Source: Tubiluchus corallicola (lineage: Eukaryota; Animalia; Priapulida). From it: a stretch of DNA of 64,000 nt. The position numbers and the translations under genes are program-made. The stretch is taken from positions 205,305-269,304 of the forward strand of contig JAQGDQ010000268.1 in NCBI GenBank assembly GCA_030141605.1. Direction: 5' to 3'. Within the stretch, counting starts at the first letter, position 1. Each line of letters begins with the position of its first letter. Below the pieces are notes generated by a model. It saw only the letters and a program-made list of their open reading frames with translations, did not search any database and was not told where the DNA came from. Shown in pieces: positions 63,276 through 64,000 of this stretch.

Positions 63276-63422
63276 CTGTAGGTTTAAAACTTCAGTACTT
63301 TATATTGCAGTATAAAGAACAAAAACTGCAGCTTGGGACAAACTCTTGTGATCTATTAAAACAATAACAAAAATAACAAACAACCAGTTAAAAAACTTTA
63401 CAAATGTTTAAAAACATGTGCA

Positions 63423-63600
63423 GACGTTTCGACAGCAGTCTGCTGGCATCATCACCAGGTTAACGTCATCGGTGGAACAATATACAAACAAACAACCAGT
63501 TTATACATGGATAGAGCCTATACATACATATATATATATATATTGTTTGAATGTTGTACCACGGATGATGACAGTAGACTGCTGTCGAAACGGAACTGTC
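63423..63600. other. Inverted pair of degenerate minimal hammerhead-ribozyme-like motifs (probable Penelope-like element/retrozyme relic)
   Basis: Plus 63562-63600 CGGATGA-T-GACAGTAG-A-CTGCTGTC-GAAACGGAACTGTC. Minus 63459-63423 GTGATGA-TGCCAGCAGACTGCTGTC-GAAACGTC. Confidence 0.5.
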
Positions 63601-64000
63601 GATTCTAGACGGAACTGTTCTGAGTTGCATAATGGGTCATTTTTACGATTTGTTAAACAAAAGACGTTTTCTGATTAGCTAAACTGTGACAAAAATCTGT
63701 GGTAGATTTCTGTTTATTAACAAAAATTGTAGAATTGCACAAACCAAAAACAAGAAAACCTGTCAACTTTTGGAAATGCTTAGTCCTAGTTGGGAAACTA
63801 GGCACTAAAAACAATCAGTTGCAATAGTGAGTGAAACAATACAAAATTTTAATTGACAAACTTTCTGGTTTAACAATTAAAGTATCAGTTCAATATATAT
63901 ATATACACATAGATGAAGTATGCAGAAAAGTGTTAATAATTTCGATAATTTCTTTGTGACAGCTCTTAGTTTTGTACTGGTGTTGTGTTGTGAGTCAAGC

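Overview
AT-rich, intron-rich eukaryotic DNA from a bilaterian invertebrate (probably lophotrochozoan; taxon is inference). The ORF track misses most genes because they are spliced, so exon structures were read by hand from GT-AG sites and frame. Six genes: the last exon of ROMO1 (+), RNASEK / V-ATPase subunit f (-, 2 exons), Phafin PLEKHF1/2 (+, 9 exons, head-to-head with RNASEK), RBM25 (+, 726-aa CDS in a single exon), RBM39/Caper (+, about 16 coding exons) and the 3' half of a CD109/TEP thioester protein (-, 12 exons visible, GCGEQ plus catalytic His, GPI-like tail). Introns hold MITEs (hAT, pogo/Tc1, PIF/Harbinger), an internally deleted Tigger, decayed LINEs, a tRNA-derived SINE and tandem repeats. 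Best leads: intronless RBM25 directly upstream of RBM39, possibly sharing a first exon; a candidate RBM39 poison exon and a phase-2 symmetric RS exon array; CTCF-like motifs at all three promoter regions; a duplicated catalytic-His exon end in the TEP gene; and an inverted pair of hammerhead-like motifs. I found no clearly new system; the findings are testable hypotheses.
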